Shown here: positions 1 to 10,286 of the stretch, piece by piece
Layout of the letters: every line of letters starts with the position of its first letter
Numbering within the stretch: position 1 is the stretch's first letter
Assembly: GCA_965243205.1 (NCBI GenBank)
Contig: CBDEUK010000002.1
Coordinates: 2,240,001 to 2,304,000 of the forward strand
Length of the DNA: 64,000 nt
Reading direction: 5' to 3'
From: Gammaproteobacteria bacterium
GTDB taxonomy: Bacteria; Pseudomonadota; Gammaproteobacteria; Eutrophobiales; Eutrophobiaceae
Made by a program: the position numbers and the translations under genes
Notes under the pieces: generated by a model
Told to the model about the DNA's origin: nothing
The model's input: only the letters and a program-made list of their open reading frames with translations
Databases searched by the model: none

Positions 1-1442
1 TCTTCCGTTCTTGAACGTAATGGAACTGATTCAATAGGAAATACGTTTAGTCTGAAATATAAGTCCTCTCTGAATTTACCCTGTTGAACCAATTCTTTTA
101 AGTTACGATTGGTTGCAGCAATAATGCGCACATCAACTTTACGAGTTTTGGAATCACCTATGCGTTCAAATTGTTGTTCTTGTAATACTCGTAATAATTT
201 ACCTTGAAGGTTTAATGGAATTTCACCAACTTCATCTAGAAAAATTGTGCCACCATCAGCTAATTCAAATCGTCCGGGTCTATCAGAAGTTGCTCCAGTA
301 AAGGCACCTTTGATGTGTCCAAAAAATTCACTTTCAAATAGATCTTCAGGTATAGCAGCGCAATTTACTCTTATTAACGAACGATCGGAACGTTGGCTGG
401 TATCATGGATAGCACGAGCTATGAGTTCTTTACCTGTACCTGATTCTCCAGAAATTAAAACCGTTGCTTCTGTTTTTGAGACGAGATTTATTTGTTGAAT
501 AATATTTTGTATAGCGGGGCTTTTACCTAAAATTTGTTGATGGTTATATTCGGCGCTTATTTCCTCCTGGAGATAGGCATTTTCCATTTCTAAACGATTT
601 TTTAGTTGTTGTACTTCTGTTAATGCATTCAGTAATTTTTCTTTTACTTTACGTTTTTCAGTCACATCTCTAAAAACGATAACTGCACCGACAATAAAAC
701 CATTATCTCTAATAGGTGTGCTAGTGTATTCAACATGAATGGGCTTTCGTGATTTACTCCAAAAAATGTCATCTTCGACCGTGTGTACAGTACCGTCACG
801 AAATGCTGCAAAGATAGGACATTGTTCTACATTAAAATGTGTTCCATCTTCATGACTATGATGGATGATACTGTGCATGTTTCTACCTTCGAGTTCTTCA
901 GCTTTATAACCTAAGATCCTTTCGGCTTGTGGGTTGATAAAAGTTGTTAAACCATTAGCATCAACACCATATATCCCTTCGCCAACAGCATCTAAAATTA
1001 ATTCGTTTTGTCTCTCGAATTCTTGGAACACTTTATTCACGCGACTCCAATGTCCAATGCCAGATTTATAATGTTTTTCCGCATCTGAATAACTGCGATA
1101 CCTATCCAAATCTTCACAGGCTTGTAAGCTCATGAATAATAATTTATCTCCATTATCATCCATTGAACGACAACAGACTTCTAAACGAATGTCATTGTTT
1201 CGGCTTTTCATCATTAAATGATCACTCCATGCAAACCCTTTTGAAATAACTTGTTCGGAAAATACAAGTAACGATGGAAAAGAAGGAGAAAATAATTCAC
1301 TTACTTTTAAAGCTAATAATTCATTACGATGCATACCGATTAATCGACAGGCTTCTTGATTACAAGAAATGATTTCATTATCAGATGAATTGATGATGAG
1401 TTGAGCTGTAGCAGATTGATCAAAGTAATGTTCTAAAATCAT
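1..1442 (-). CDS. sigma54-dependent transcriptional activator with PAS domains (CynF/FhlA-like), 3' end runs off the window
   Basis: Not in the ORF track. Minus-strand frame from ATG at 1442 (MILEHYFDQ...) contains Walker [16 protein letters not shown] and [10 protein letters not shown]. Divergent from the cyanate operon. Confidence 0.9.
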   Translation of the reverse strand, partial: MILEHYFDQSATAQLIINSSDNEIISCNQEACRLIGMHRNELLALKVSELFSPSFPSLLVFSEQVISKGFAWSDHLMMKSRNNDIRLEVCCRSMDDNGDKLLFMSLQACEDLDRYRSYSDAEKHYKSGIGHWSRVNKVFQEFERQNELILDAVGEGIYGVDANGLTTFINPQAERILGYKAEELEGRNMHSIIHHSHEDGTHFNVEQCPIFAAFRDGTVHTVEDDIFWSKSRKPIHVEYTSTPIRDNGFIVGAVIVFRDVTEKRKVKEKLLNALTEVQQLKNRLEMENAYLQEEISAEYNHQQILGKSPAIQNIIQQINLVSKTEATVLISGESGTGKELIARAIHDTSQRSDRSLIRVNCAAIPEDLFESEFFGHIKGAFTGATSDRPGRFELADGGTIFLDEVGEIPLNLQGKLLRVLQEQQFERIGDSKTRKVDVRIIAATNRNLKELVQQGKFREDLYFRLNVFPIESVPLRSRTE

Positions 1443-1499
1443 TTTAAAAAATTCATTAATGAATACACACATTACTATTACAAGTTCGATACCAATTAC

Positions 1500-1552
1500 T
1501 ACGAAGCTTCGTAATATCTAAAACGATAGTTCGTTAATTACGAAATATCATA
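1500..1552. promoter_or_regulatory. three ACGA-N4-TCGT palindromes, candidate upstream activator sites
   Basis: ACGAagctTCGT at 1501-1512, ACGAtagtTCGT at 1523-1534 and ACGAaataTCAT at 1540-1551, about 70-120 bp upstream of a sigma54 promoter. Confidence 0.6.
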
Positions 1553-1620
1553 ACTATTTAACTATTTAAGTTTTTTATAAATAACTTTCAATAACAATAA
1601 CTTATTTGGTTTTTTTTGTT

Positions 1621-1635
1621 TGGCATCATGATTGC
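1621..1635 (+). promoter_or_regulatory. sigma54 (-24/-12) promoter of the cyanate operon
   Basis: TGGCAT-CATGA-TTGC matches TGGCAC-N5-TTGC, next to a sigma54 activator gene. Confidence 0.85.
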
Positions 1636-1772
1636 GATATTAGTTTTGAAATTAATTAATGCAGATTAAATAAAGAAAAAAAACTGCACCATTATTGAAG
1701 TAATACACATATGAAACTGGATCTACGCACTTTATTAGAGCGAACCTCGGTTCAGTTTTTGGAGGTAAAAAA

Positions 1773-3242
1773 ATGGCTATAAAAAGTTTAGGCGATCCAT
1801 ATGATTCAAATACAAGTCTGACACATAGTAAATCGTGTAACTGTGAAACCTGCAGAACTGAGTTAACACACGGTCATGAAATGACGGATAAAGAACGAAC
1901 CTTACTACTCGAAAAACAAGCTGAGCACATGGTTGTAGAACACTCAGAAGAAATAGTAGCAACCGAATCAAAAGAATTGGAAACAAATGAAGACTACATG
2001 GATCGAGTTGTTGAAAATGCGATTGTGCGAGGTGTTTTTAATCAGAACGATACCAGTCGTCGTCAGTTTATGAAGTTAATCGGTGGCGGTACTTTTGCCG
2101 CTGCATTGGCCAGCATTTTACCAATGGAGAAAATAAAAGCTGCTGTTAAAGATGGTATAGGGCCTCTTGAAAAAACGAAATTGAGTGTAGGTTTTGTTCC
2201 TATTACTTGCGCGACCCCAATTATCATGGCGCATCCAATGGGGTTCTATGCAAAGTATGGGCTTGACGTCGATGTGATTAAAACGGCTGGTTGGGCAGTT
2301 GCTCGTGATAAATCTTTAAACGGTGAATACGATGCGTCACATATGTTAACACCAATGCCATTAGCGATGACTATGGGCGCTGGTTCAACCGCTGAACCCT
2401 ATATTATGCCTGCAGTAGAAAACATTAATGGTCAAGCGATTGTGCTTCATAACAAACATATAGACAAACGTGATCCTAAAGATTGGAAAGGTTTTAAATT
2501 TGGTGTGCCGTTTGATTATTCAATGCATAACTTTTTGTTGCGTTATTATGTTGCTGAACATGGAATTGACCCAGATAAAGATATTCAAATACGCGTAGTA
2601 CCACCACCAGAAATGGTTGCGAACTTACGTGCAGGTAACTTAGATGGTTATCTATCTCCCGATCCATTTAATCAACGTGCAGTGTATGAAAAAGTCGGTT
2701 TCTTACATACATTAACGAAAGATATTTGGGAAGGCCATCCATGTTGTGCATTTGCTTGTAGTCAGAAATTCGCAACTGAAATGCCAAATACTTATGCAGC
2801 GTTGTTTAAATCAATAGTTGATGCGACTCATTTTTCAGCTAAGTCAGAAAATCGCGAAGAAATTTCTAAAGCAATAGCGCCAAAGAATTATTTAAACCAA
2901 CCTGAAGTTGTCATTAAACAAGTTCTTACAGGCCGTTATGTTGATGGTCTTGAGAAGAAAGTTTATGACGTACCAGATCGTATCGACTTCGATCCATTTC
3001 CATGGCATTCAATGGCTGTATGGATATTAACTCAAATGAAACGTTGGGGTTATATCGAAGGAGATGTGGATTACAAAGGTATTGCCGAACAAGTTTATGT
3101 TGCAACTGAAACAGGCAAGGTAATGGAAGAGCTAGGCTATACACCACCTGATAAAACGTATGAAAACTATACCATCATGGGTAAAGAGTTTGATTACAAC
3201 AAACCAGAAGAATACATATCAAGTTTTGCAATTAAAAGGTAG
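1773..3242 (+). CDS. cynA: NrtA/CmpA-family ABC substrate-binding protein, probably for cyanate
   Basis: GFVPITCATP and HPCC motifs, Tat-like SRRQFMK, upstream of cyanase. Confidence 0.85.
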   Translation: MAIKSLGDPYDSNTSLTHSKSCNCETCRTELTHGHEMTDKERTLLLEKQAEHMVVEHSEEIVATESKELETNEDYMDRVVENAIVRGVFNQNDTSRRQFMKLIGGGTFAAALASILPMEKIKAAVKDGIGPLEKTKLSVGFVPITCATPIIMAHPMGFYAKYGLDVDVIKTAGWAVARDKSLNGEYDASHMLTPMPLAMTMGAGSTAEPYIMPAVENINGQAIVLHNKHIDKRDPKDWKGFKFGVPFDYSMHNFLLRYYVAEHGIDPDKDIQIRVVPPPEMVANLRAGNLDGYLSPDPFNQRAVYEKVGFLHTLTKDIWEGHPCCAFACSQKFATEMPNTYAALFKSIVDATHFSAKSENREEISKAIAPKNYLNQPEVVIKQVLTGRYVDGLEKKVYDVPDRIDFDPFPWHSMAVWILTQMKRWGYIEGDVDYKGIAEQVYVATETGKVMEELGYTPPDKTYENYTIMGKEFDYNKPEEYISSFAIKR

Positions 3243-3247
3243 TTAAC

Positions 3248-4078
3248 ATGATGGCTTCATTGAATGTTAGAGCAGCGATTGTTTCCCTAGTGATTCTATT
3301 TGGATCGCTAGGGATATGGGAAATGTTAAATCGTCCGCCTGAAGCAAGTGAGGCTCTGTCCGAGTATGAATTACTGATGGGAGGGGCAGATCAAGAAGCG
3401 AGAGTGCCGCCACCTTCAAAAGTTATTCAGCATGCATATAACGAATTAAGTAATCCTTTTTACGATGCTGGTCCTAATGACAAAGGAATAGGTATTCAAT
3501 TAGCCTATTCTCTCTATCGCGTGTTAACAGGTTATTTTGCTGCAGCATTAGTTGCGATCCCACTTGGCTTTTTAATTGGTATGTCACCCTTGATGTACCG
3601 AGCTTTAAACCCTTTTATACAGGTGTTACGTCCCATATCGCCGCTGGCATGGATGCCTTTGGCGTTATTTATCATTAAAGATTCTGAACAGTCTGCTATC
3701 TTCGTAATTTTTATTTGTTCTATATGGCCAATGTTACTTAATACTGCTTTTGGAGTAGCAAATGTTCGTAAGGATTGGATCAAGGTTGCTATGACACATG
3801 AGTTAAGCCAAATACAAACGGCATTCAAAGTTATTCTTCCTGCAGCTGCACCAACTATCTTAACAGGTATGAGAATCTCTATTGGTATCGCATGGTTAGT
3901 GATTGTTGCAGCCGAAATGTTAGTTGGTGGTACTGGTATTGGTTATTACGTTTGGAATGAATGGAATAACTTGGACCTGAACAGCGTTATCTTTTCGATA
4001 TTAATGATCGGAATCGTTGGGATGATGCTTGATTTAATGCTTGGCTCAGTAGCAAAGCTAGTTCAGTTTGAGGAGTAG
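3248..4078 (+). CDS. cynB: NrtB-family ABC permease (cyanate)
   Basis: LRPISPLAW and GIAWLVIVAAEM motifs; hydrophobic. Confidence 0.85.
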   Translation: MMASLNVRAAIVSLVILFGSLGIWEMLNRPPEASEALSEYELLMGGADQEARVPPPSKVIQHAYNELSNPFYDAGPNDKGIGIQLAYSLYRVLTGYFAAALVAIPLGFLIGMSPLMYRALNPFIQVLRPISPLAWMPLALFIIKDSEQSAIFVIFICSIWPMLLNTAFGVANVRKDWIKVAMTHELSQIQTAFKVILPAAAPTILTGMRISIGIAWLVIVAAEMLVGGTGIGYYVWNEWNNLDLNSVIFSILMIGIVGMMLDLMLGSVAKLVQFEE

Positions 4079-4085
4079 TAAATAA

Positions 4086-5000
4086 ATGAGTAAAGATTTT
4101 GTGAGTGTTGAAAATCTTTCCAAGGTTTTTAATAAAAATAAAGATAATGAATTAACCGTTTTTAAAGACGTTAATATCACATTAGATAAAGGTGAGTTCG
4201 TTTGCATTATAGGACACTCAGGTTGTGGTAAATCAACAATATTGAATGTATTAGCTGGGCTTGATTCTGCAACAGATGGTGCTGTGATTATGGATGATAA
4301 AGAAGTATCTGGGCCTAGTTTAGATAGAGGCGTTGTATTTCAAAACTACAGCTTATTACCATGGCTAAGTGCGATTCAAAATGTGAATTTTGGTGTCAAG
4401 GCAAGGTGGCCTGAATGGAGTTCAGATAAAGTTTCCGAGCACAGTAAAACATATTTAGAAATGGTCGGCCTTGGACATTCAATTCATAAAAAACCATCAC
4501 AACTTTCTGGTGGTATGAGGCAAAGAGTTAGTATCGCAAGAGCCTTTGCTACCAACCCTAAATTATTATTATTAGATGAACCTTTCGGTGCGTTAGATGC
4601 ATTGACTCGTGGTGTAATTCAAGATGAGTTAATCAAGATATGGAGTGAAACACAACAGACAGTATTTATGATCACGCATGATGTCGATGAAGCAATCTTA
4701 CTATCCGATAGAATTTTATTAATGACTAACGGGCCAGAAGCAATGATTGCGGAATCAGTTGAGATCAATTTAGCAAGACCTCGTGATCGTGCCACGATTT
4801 TTGATAGCCCTGATTATTATGCTATTCGAAATCATTTAATGCATTTTTTAATTAATGGTTCCAAAGAAAAAATTATTATTGATGATGATATACCTTATGA
4901 ACCTAAGGTTATTGATCCAACAGTGATGTCAGATTCAACGGAATCTACTATTTCCAAAAACCAAATTAATACTCTTCAATTTGAGCGCGCAGCGCTTTAA
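4086..5000 (+). CDS. cynD: NrtC/D-family ABC ATP-binding protein
   Basis: GHSGCGKST, LSGGMRQR and LLLLDEPFGALD motifs. Confidence 0.85.
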   Translation: MSKDFVSVENLSKVFNKNKDNELTVFKDVNITLDKGEFVCIIGHSGCGKSTILNVLAGLDSATDGAVIMDDKEVSGPSLDRGVVFQNYSLLPWLSAIQNVNFGVKARWPEWSSDKVSEHSKTYLEMVGLGHSIHKKPSQLSGGMRQRVSIARAFATNPKLLLLDEPFGALDALTRGVIQDELIKIWSETQQTVFMITHDVDEAILLSDRILLMTNGPEAMIAESVEINLARPRDRATIFDSPDYYAIRNHLMHFLINGSKEKIIIDDDIPYEPKVIDPTVMSDSTESTISKNQINTLQFERAAL

Positions 5001-5019
5001 ACAAACACAGGAGAACATT

Positions 5020-5460
5020 GTGAATAAAATAGAAATGACAGAAAAATTAATAGAAGCCAAAATCTCTAAGGGCGTTAGTTGGGATGAAGTAGGAGAAGCA
5101 TTAGGCATGTCTCCAGTTTGGGTAGCATCAGCTTGTTTAGGAATGAATAGCGCTCCACCTGAAAAAGCTAAAGCAATCGCAGATTATTTTGGTTTTGGTC
5201 CTGATGTTGTAACAGCTTTAGAAATGTTTCCAATTAAAGAGTGGGATAAAGCTGTCCCAACCGATCCATTAATCTATCGTTTATATGAAGTTGTTGGTGT
5301 ATACGGCGAAACATTAAAAGAAGTCATTCAAGAAAAATTTGGTGATGGCATTATGAGTGCGATCGATTTTTCAATGGAGGTCGATAAAATAGAAGATCCT
5401 AAAGGTGATCGAGTGTTATTAACATTGAATGGTAAATTCTTACCTTACAAATCTTGGTAA
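5020..5460 (+). CDS. cynS: cyanate hydratase (cyanase)
   Basis: PTDPLIYRLYE, EKFGDGIMSAIDF and GKFLPY motifs; GTG start after AGGAG. Confidence 0.95.
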   Translation: MNKIEMTEKLIEAKISKGVSWDEVGEALGMSPVWVASACLGMNSAPPEKAKAIADYFGFGPDVVTALEMFPIKEWDKAVPTDPLIYRLYEVVGVYGETLKEVIQEKFGDGIMSAIDFSMEVDKIEDPKGDRVLLTLNGKFLPYKSW

Positions 5461-5505
5461 AGGTGTTTGGTTCTTTTCTGTTAACAATAAAATGAGGTTT
5501 ATTAA

Positions 5506-5976
5506 ATGTCTGAAAGTCGGCCACCTTTGCCACCGTTTGATTATGAAAGTGCCGTTATAAAAGTCCGTAAAGCTGAAGATGCATGGAATAATAAAAATCC
5601 TGAAGCGATATCAATGGCATATAGTCCGGATTCGGTTTGGCGTAATCGTTCTGAATTTTTACAAGGTCGCGCTGAAATCATCATGTTTCTGCAACGCAAA
5701 TGGATTCGTGAATTAAATTACAGATTAATAAAAGAAATATGGGCTTATCATGAAAATCGTATTGCCGTCCGTTTTGCTTATGAATGGCATGATGATTCTG
5801 GAAATTGGTATCGATCTTATGGAAATGAAAATTGGGAATTTGATGAATATGGTCTAATGAAAAAACGTTATGCAAGTATTAATGATCTGAGTATTAAAGA
5901 ATCAGAACGAAAATATTTTTGGCCTGAAGGCCCGAGACCGGAAGATCATCCTAGTTTAACTGAATTAGGTTTATAA
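5506..5976 (+). CDS. DUF1348 / NTF2-like (SnoaL-like) protein
   Basis: RPPLPPF, WRNRSEF and [11 protein letters not shown] motifs. Confidence 0.85.
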   Translation: MSESRPPLPPFDYESAVIKVRKAEDAWNNKNPEAISMAYSPDSVWRNRSEFLQGRAEIIMFLQRKWIRELNYRLIKEIWAYHENRIAVRFAYEWHDDSGNWYRSYGNENWEFDEYGLMKKRYASINDLSIKESERKYFWPEGPRPEDHPSLTELGL

Positions 5977-5982
5977 ATAATG

Positions 5983-7212
5983 TTATCCAAAAAACCAATA
6001 AGTTACTAAAATGGCAGTAAAGATACCTGCTATGTCTGCAGCCAAACCACAACCGATTGCATGACGTATATTTTTAATTCCTACCGCTCCAAAATATACA
6101 GCCAGTACATAAAAAGTGGTTTCAGTACTGCCTTGAACGATGGAAGATAAACGGCCTGCAAAAGAATCAGCGCCGTAAGTGTTCATGGTATCTACCATCA
6201 TGGCTCTAGCGCCGCTGCCACTGAACGGTTTCATTAAAGCGGTTGGCATAGCATCTATGAAACGTTCATCAATATTGACTGTTGTTACGAGAGAACGTAA
6301 GCCTCCTAATAATAAATCTAAAGCGCCACTGGCTCTGAACACTCCAATCGCCACAAGCATCGCAACTAGGTATGGAATGATTTTTATCGCGGTTTCAAAA
6401 CCTTCTTTCGCGCCTTCAATAAATGCTTCATAAGCATTTACTTTATTTATAACAGCACCACTGATAAACAGTATGACTAATGAAAATAAAATCACATTAC
6501 TGATTAAAGATGATTGCAGAAGCATTTCTTCTTTGGGCAAATTTGCAAAATAGCTTAATAATAAAAATACCAATAAACTGAAACCGCCGAGATAACTTAA
6601 AATGATTTTATCGAGCACATTGATTTTTTGTATCAAGGCCACAGTTAAAAAACCAATTAACGTTGAAGCGTAGGTTGCAATTAAAATCGGTATAAATACA
6701 TCAGTAGGGTTTACTGCTCCTAACTGTGCACGATATGTAAATATTGTGACTGGGAATAAAGTAACAGCTGAAGTATTTATCACTAAAAATAAAATCTGTG
6801 CATTACTGGCAGTATCTTTAACTGGATTCAAACGTTGTAACTCTTGCATGGCTTTTATGCCCAAAGGCGTCGCCGCATTATCTAAACCTAATGCATTTGC
6901 TGACATGTTCATGACGATTGCACCCAATGCAGGATGATCTTTGGGTACTTCAGGCATTAAACGTGAGAATAAAGGTGTTAAACCTTTAGTTAATAAATCG
7001 ATAAAACCACTACGTTCACCAATTCGCATGATGCCAAGCCATAAAGCAAGAATGCCAGTTAAGCCAAGGGAAATTTCAAAAGCGGTTTTGGATAGACTAA
7101 ACATTGCAGTCATTAATTGACTGAATATTTGTGTATCACTTAAAACAATTAATTTAAATAAAGCGATAACAAATGCTGAAATAAAAAAGAAAACCCAGAT
7201 TAGGTTAAGCAT
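5983..7212 (-). CDS. SpmA/SpmB fused nucleoside-recognition (Gate) membrane protein
   Basis: NALGLDNAATPLGIKAM and GSTETTFYVLAVYFG motifs. Confidence 0.85.
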   Translation of the reverse strand: MLNLIWVFFFISAFVIALFKLIVLSDTQIFSQLMTAMFSLSKTAFEISLGLTGILALWLGIMRIGERSGFIDLLTKGLTPLFSRLMPEVPKDHPALGAIVMNMSANALGLDNAATPLGIKAMQELQRLNPVKDTASNAQILFLVINTSAVTLFPVTIFTYRAQLGAVNPTDVFIPILIATYASTLIGFLTVALIQKINVLDKIILSYLGGFSLLVFLLLSYFANLPKEEMLLQSSLISNVILFSLVILFISGAVINKVNAYEAFIEGAKEGFETAIKIIPYLVAMLVAIGVFRASGALDLLLGGLRSLVTTVNIDERFIDAMPTALMKPFSGSGARAMMVDTMNTYGADSFAGRLSSIVQGSTETTFYVLAVYFGAVGIKNIRHAIGCGLAADIAGIFTAILVTYWFFG

Positions 7213-7230
7213 GAAATTATTTTTCTATAA

Positions 7231-7264
7231 ATGATTGCAGTAATGACATCACTACTGCAATCAT
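7231..7264 (-). terminator. strong hairpin between the doxX-like and spmAB-like genes
   Basis: ATGATTGCAGTA...TACTGCAATCAT 12-bp perfect stem with a weak U tract. Confidence 0.45.
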
Positions 7265-7271
7265 AGTTAAT

Positions 7272-7646
7272 TTATTTTTTATCCAAACTCCAAATGCCAG
7301 CGCCTTTAGTTGCAATAAATAAAAAGCAAAAACAAAATAGCGCCGCAAGTTCACCATGATTCACAATTGGAAAAAATGTTTTTGAACCATGGGCCATCCA
7401 ATATGCAACAGCCATTGTGCCACTACAGATAAAAGCAGCATAACGAGTTAATAGACCAATCATTATTAAAGTCCCACCAATTATTTCAATAGTGCCTGCA
7501 GCCATTAACAATGGATTCAAAGGCCCGTGTGCAAATTCCATTGGATAGTTAAAGAATTTAACGGTGCCATGCCAGATAAATAAGAAGCCACTGATAATAC
7601 GTAACAAGGCATAAGCTTGTTCTTGGTAATTAGATAGAAAATTCAT
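7272..7646 (-). CDS. DoxX-family membrane protein
   Basis: LLRI..G..F..HG..K and GAGIWSLD motifs; start chosen from GGAGG spacing. Confidence 0.85.
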   Translation of the reverse strand: MNFLSNYQEQAYALLRIISGFLFIWHGTVKFFNYPMEFAHGPLNPLLMAAGTIEIIGGTLIMIGLLTRYAAFICSGTMAVAYWMAHGSKTFFPIVNHGELAALFCFCFLFIATKGAGIWSLDKK

Positions 7647-7675
7647 AATCATTTCCTCCCTAGGAAAGTGTGTGA

Positions 7676-8554
7676 TTAGTTCTCGAACGCCCAACTCGCG
7701 AATGGTTCGATTTCATCCTGGTTCATTATAATTAGTGGATATTTATTTGGATTCATTGAATGATCGTTAGAGGTATCTACATCCATACGTTGTAATAGAT
7801 ACACGATCATCGCCCTACGAATAGTGACAGAAATAACACCATCAACTGCACCGTAATCATATAATAATATGGCCTGTTTTTTTTTCGCCAAATTAGGATG
7901 CGGTTGTAAATGTATAGTTATATGTTCTACCCAATCATCATCATAACTCGCATCAGATTCAGCAGCTTGATTTAATTGTTTAGCTGAAACAAAACGCGAT
8001 AATACAAAATCTCGAAAATCAAAGGTCTCTTCATTGTATGCTCTAACATGCCAACGGAATCCTGTATTCACCAAGGAGTGAGGCTCAATAATCCGCTCAG
8101 CATCGCTATCGCGTTCAGAAAGAGAATGGTACTGAACGTTAAGTTTATTCCGAGATTTAATGGATCGAGTTATTTCAGCAAGTACAGCCTTATCAGGATA
8201 ACGCGCTGGTAAAGGCAGGCTTTCAGAACGAATATCGAAGATAGCTTCATTACCATACGGCCCTTCGGACAAGGTCAGATTCGATTCCAATAAGGGTAAA
8301 ACCACAGCAGGGGAGAAATCAGCAAATACCTCCTTGAATTGTTTGCTGGGGATAAATCCAAACACCGCGTGCTTATATATCAGATTCTCAGGCGCAATAT
8401 CGTTATACAGCTTGAGATCTTTAGTCGCTGCGGCATCAGAGATACCAAAGGCTTTGGCCACATCACTGCGGCTGACCACACCAGCAAAATACGCCATTAA
8501 TTCGATGTATTGCAGTCGTTGTCGGGTTGCCCATTTGATATCGCTTAGTAGCAT
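7676..8554 (-). CDS. WYL-domain transcriptional regulator, CapW-like (wHTH-WYL-WCX)
   Basis: N-terminal RLQYIE...SRSD...FGIS..AATKDL..Y wHTH; PHSLV..GFRWHVRAY...FRDFVLSR WYL domain; DDDW..PHP..DYG C-terminal domain. Confidence 0.9.
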   Translation of the reverse strand: MLLSDIKWATRQRLQYIELMAYFAGVVSRSDVAKAFGISDAAATKDLKLYNDIAPENLIYKHAVFGFIPSKQFKEVFADFSPAVVLPLLESNLTLSEGPYGNEAIFDIRSESLPLPARYPDKAVLAEITRSIKSRNKLNVQYHSLSERDSDAERIIEPHSLVNTGFRWHVRAYNEETFDFRDFVLSRFVSAKQLNQAAESDASYDDDWVEHITIHLQPHPNLAKKKQAILLYDYGAVDGVISVTIRRAMIVYLLQRMDVDTSNDHSMNPNKYPLIIMNQDEIEPFASWAFEN

Positions 8555-8656
8555 TTCGTCGATTTTTGGAAAATGAATGGATTCAATTATATCGAATACT
8601 CTTATTCTCGAATAATAAATATTACCTAATAAAAAATATTAAGGTGATAAAAAATA

Positions 8657-8685
8657 TTGACATATAAAAAAGTATGGCCTAAAGT
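8657..8685 (+). promoter_or_regulatory. sigma70 promoter of recA
   Basis: TTGACA-N17-TAAAGT. Confidence 0.7.
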
Positions 8686-8756
8686 TCAATCATCAGCGGA
8701 TTTCATAGACATGCTGATATGGATATCAAACTCAAAACGTAACGGGGAGAACTCAA

Positions 8757-9821
8757 ATGGCAAAAGATACAAACACTAATGACGACAAACAAAAAGCATT
8801 AAGCATGGCGCTAAGCCAAATTGAAAAACAATTCGGTAAAGGCTCGGTCATGAAAATGGGTGAGCAGCCTGCTGCAAAAATCCCGACAGTAAGTACTGGC
8901 TCACTTGGTTTAGACATCGCCTTAGGCGCAGGTGGTTTACCGTATGGACGTATTGTCGAAATCTACGGACCTGAATCATCAGGTAAAACGACCTTAACGT
9001 TAACTGCTATTGCTGAAGCACAAAAACAAGGTAAAACCTGTGCCTTTATCGATGCTGAGCACGCATTGGATCCAGTCTATGCAGAAAAGCTTGGGGTGAA
9101 TATTGAAGAGTTATTGGTTTCTCAACCGGATACTGGTGAACAAGCCTTAGAAATTTGTGACATGTTAGTTCGTAGTGGCGCAGTTGAATTAGTGGTGATT
9201 GATTCTGTAGCCGCCTTGGTACCAAAGGCCGAGATTGAAGGTGAGATGGGTGATTCGCATATGGGCTTGGCTGCGCGTTTAATGTCGCAAGCTTTACGTA
9301 AGCTAACTGGTAATATCAAACGTGCGAATTGTTGTGTGATTTTCATTAACCAAATTCGTATGAAGATTGGTGTGATGTTCGGTAGCCCTGAAACCACAAC
9401 CGGTGGTAATGCTTTGAAGTTCTACTCATCGGTTCGTTTGGATATCCGTCGTATCGGAGCGATTAAGAAGGGCGATGAAGTGGTCGGTAACGAAACGCGG
9501 GTAAAAGTCGTGAAAAATAAAGTTGCGCCTCCATTCAAACAAGCTGAATTCGACATTTTATATGGTGAAGGCATTTCACGTTTGGGAGAGATTATCGATT
9601 TGGGTGTTAAGCATGACATTATCGATAAATCGGGTGCTTGGTACAGTTATGGTGATGATCGCATTGGCCAAGGTAAGGAAAACGTACGTAATTTCTTAAA
9701 AGAGAATAGTGCCATGGCCGAAGAGATAGAAGCACGTATTAAAGAAATTGTTTTACCAAACTTGGATGAGCTAACGATTGAAGATAATGATCAGGAAGAT
9801 CCAGAATTGTTAGAAGCATAA
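8757..9821 (+). CDS. recA: recombinase RecA
   Basis: GPESSGKTT and [28 protein letters not shown] motifs. Confidence 0.99.
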   Translation: MAKDTNTNDDKQKALSMALSQIEKQFGKGSVMKMGEQPAAKIPTVSTGSLGLDIALGAGGLPYGRIVEIYGPESSGKTTLTLTAIAEAQKQGKTCAFIDAEHALDPVYAEKLGVNIEELLVSQPDTGEQALEICDMLVRSGAVELVVIDSVAALVPKAEIEGEMGDSHMGLAARLMSQALRKLTGNIKRANCCVIFINQIRMKIGVMFGSPETTTGGNALKFYSSVRLDIRRIGAIKKGDEVVGNETRVKVVKNKVAPPFKQAEFDILYGEGISRLGEIIDLGVKHDIIDKSGAWYSYGDDRIGQGKENVRNFLKENSAMAEEIEARIKEIVLPNLDELTIEDNDQEDPELLEA

Positions 9822-9839
9822 TATTAAAGGATAACAATC

Positions 9840-10286
9840 ATGGAACGGCATGTTGTTTTACAAAAGGCTTGTGATTATTTAGCTCGGCGCGAGCATAGTC
9901 GTAAGGAATTAGAACGGAAGTTGGCGCAAGGATGTGCTGATTCCGATCTAATCGATGAATTACTCAGTAAATTAGCCGAAGAAGGTCTGCAAAGCGATGA
10001 GCGTTTTACTGAAAGTTTTGTACATCATCGCTATCAAAAAGGTCACGGCCCACAAAAAATCCGTAATGAATTAAGCCAAAAAGGTGTAAAAAGTTGGCTT
10101 GTTGATGAATATCTTTCCAATCCTAAACTCGATTGGTATTCCCTTTGCTCAGAAATCAGACAAAAAAAATTTGGAATAGATCGCCCTAAAGACATAAAAG
10201 ATAAGGCAAAACAGTCTCGTTTTTTGTATTCTCGCGGTTTCGATTCTGAAATGATTATGTATGCATTGGAGATGTCTGAAGAGTGA
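9840..10286 (+). CDS. recX: regulatory protein RecX
   Basis: [16 protein letters not shown] and RFLYSRGF motifs; follows recA. Confidence 0.95.
   Translation: MERHVVLQKACDYLARREHSRKELERKLAQGCADSDLIDELLSKLAEEGLQSDERFTESFVHHRYQKGHGPQKIRNELSQKGVKSWLVDEYLSNPKLDWYSLCSEIRQKKFGIDRPKDIKDKAKQSRFLYSRGFDSEMIMYALEMSEE

Noticed and set aside
247-498. 83-aa plus-strand ORF, and the many other short ORFs inside recA, alaS, cobN-like, ccm and pds genes
   Set aside because: Antisense or out-of-frame shadows of well-supported genes, with no RBS or motif support.
1685-1701. NtrC binding site (TGCACCA)
   Set aside because: Only a half site, located downstream of the sigma54 promoter.
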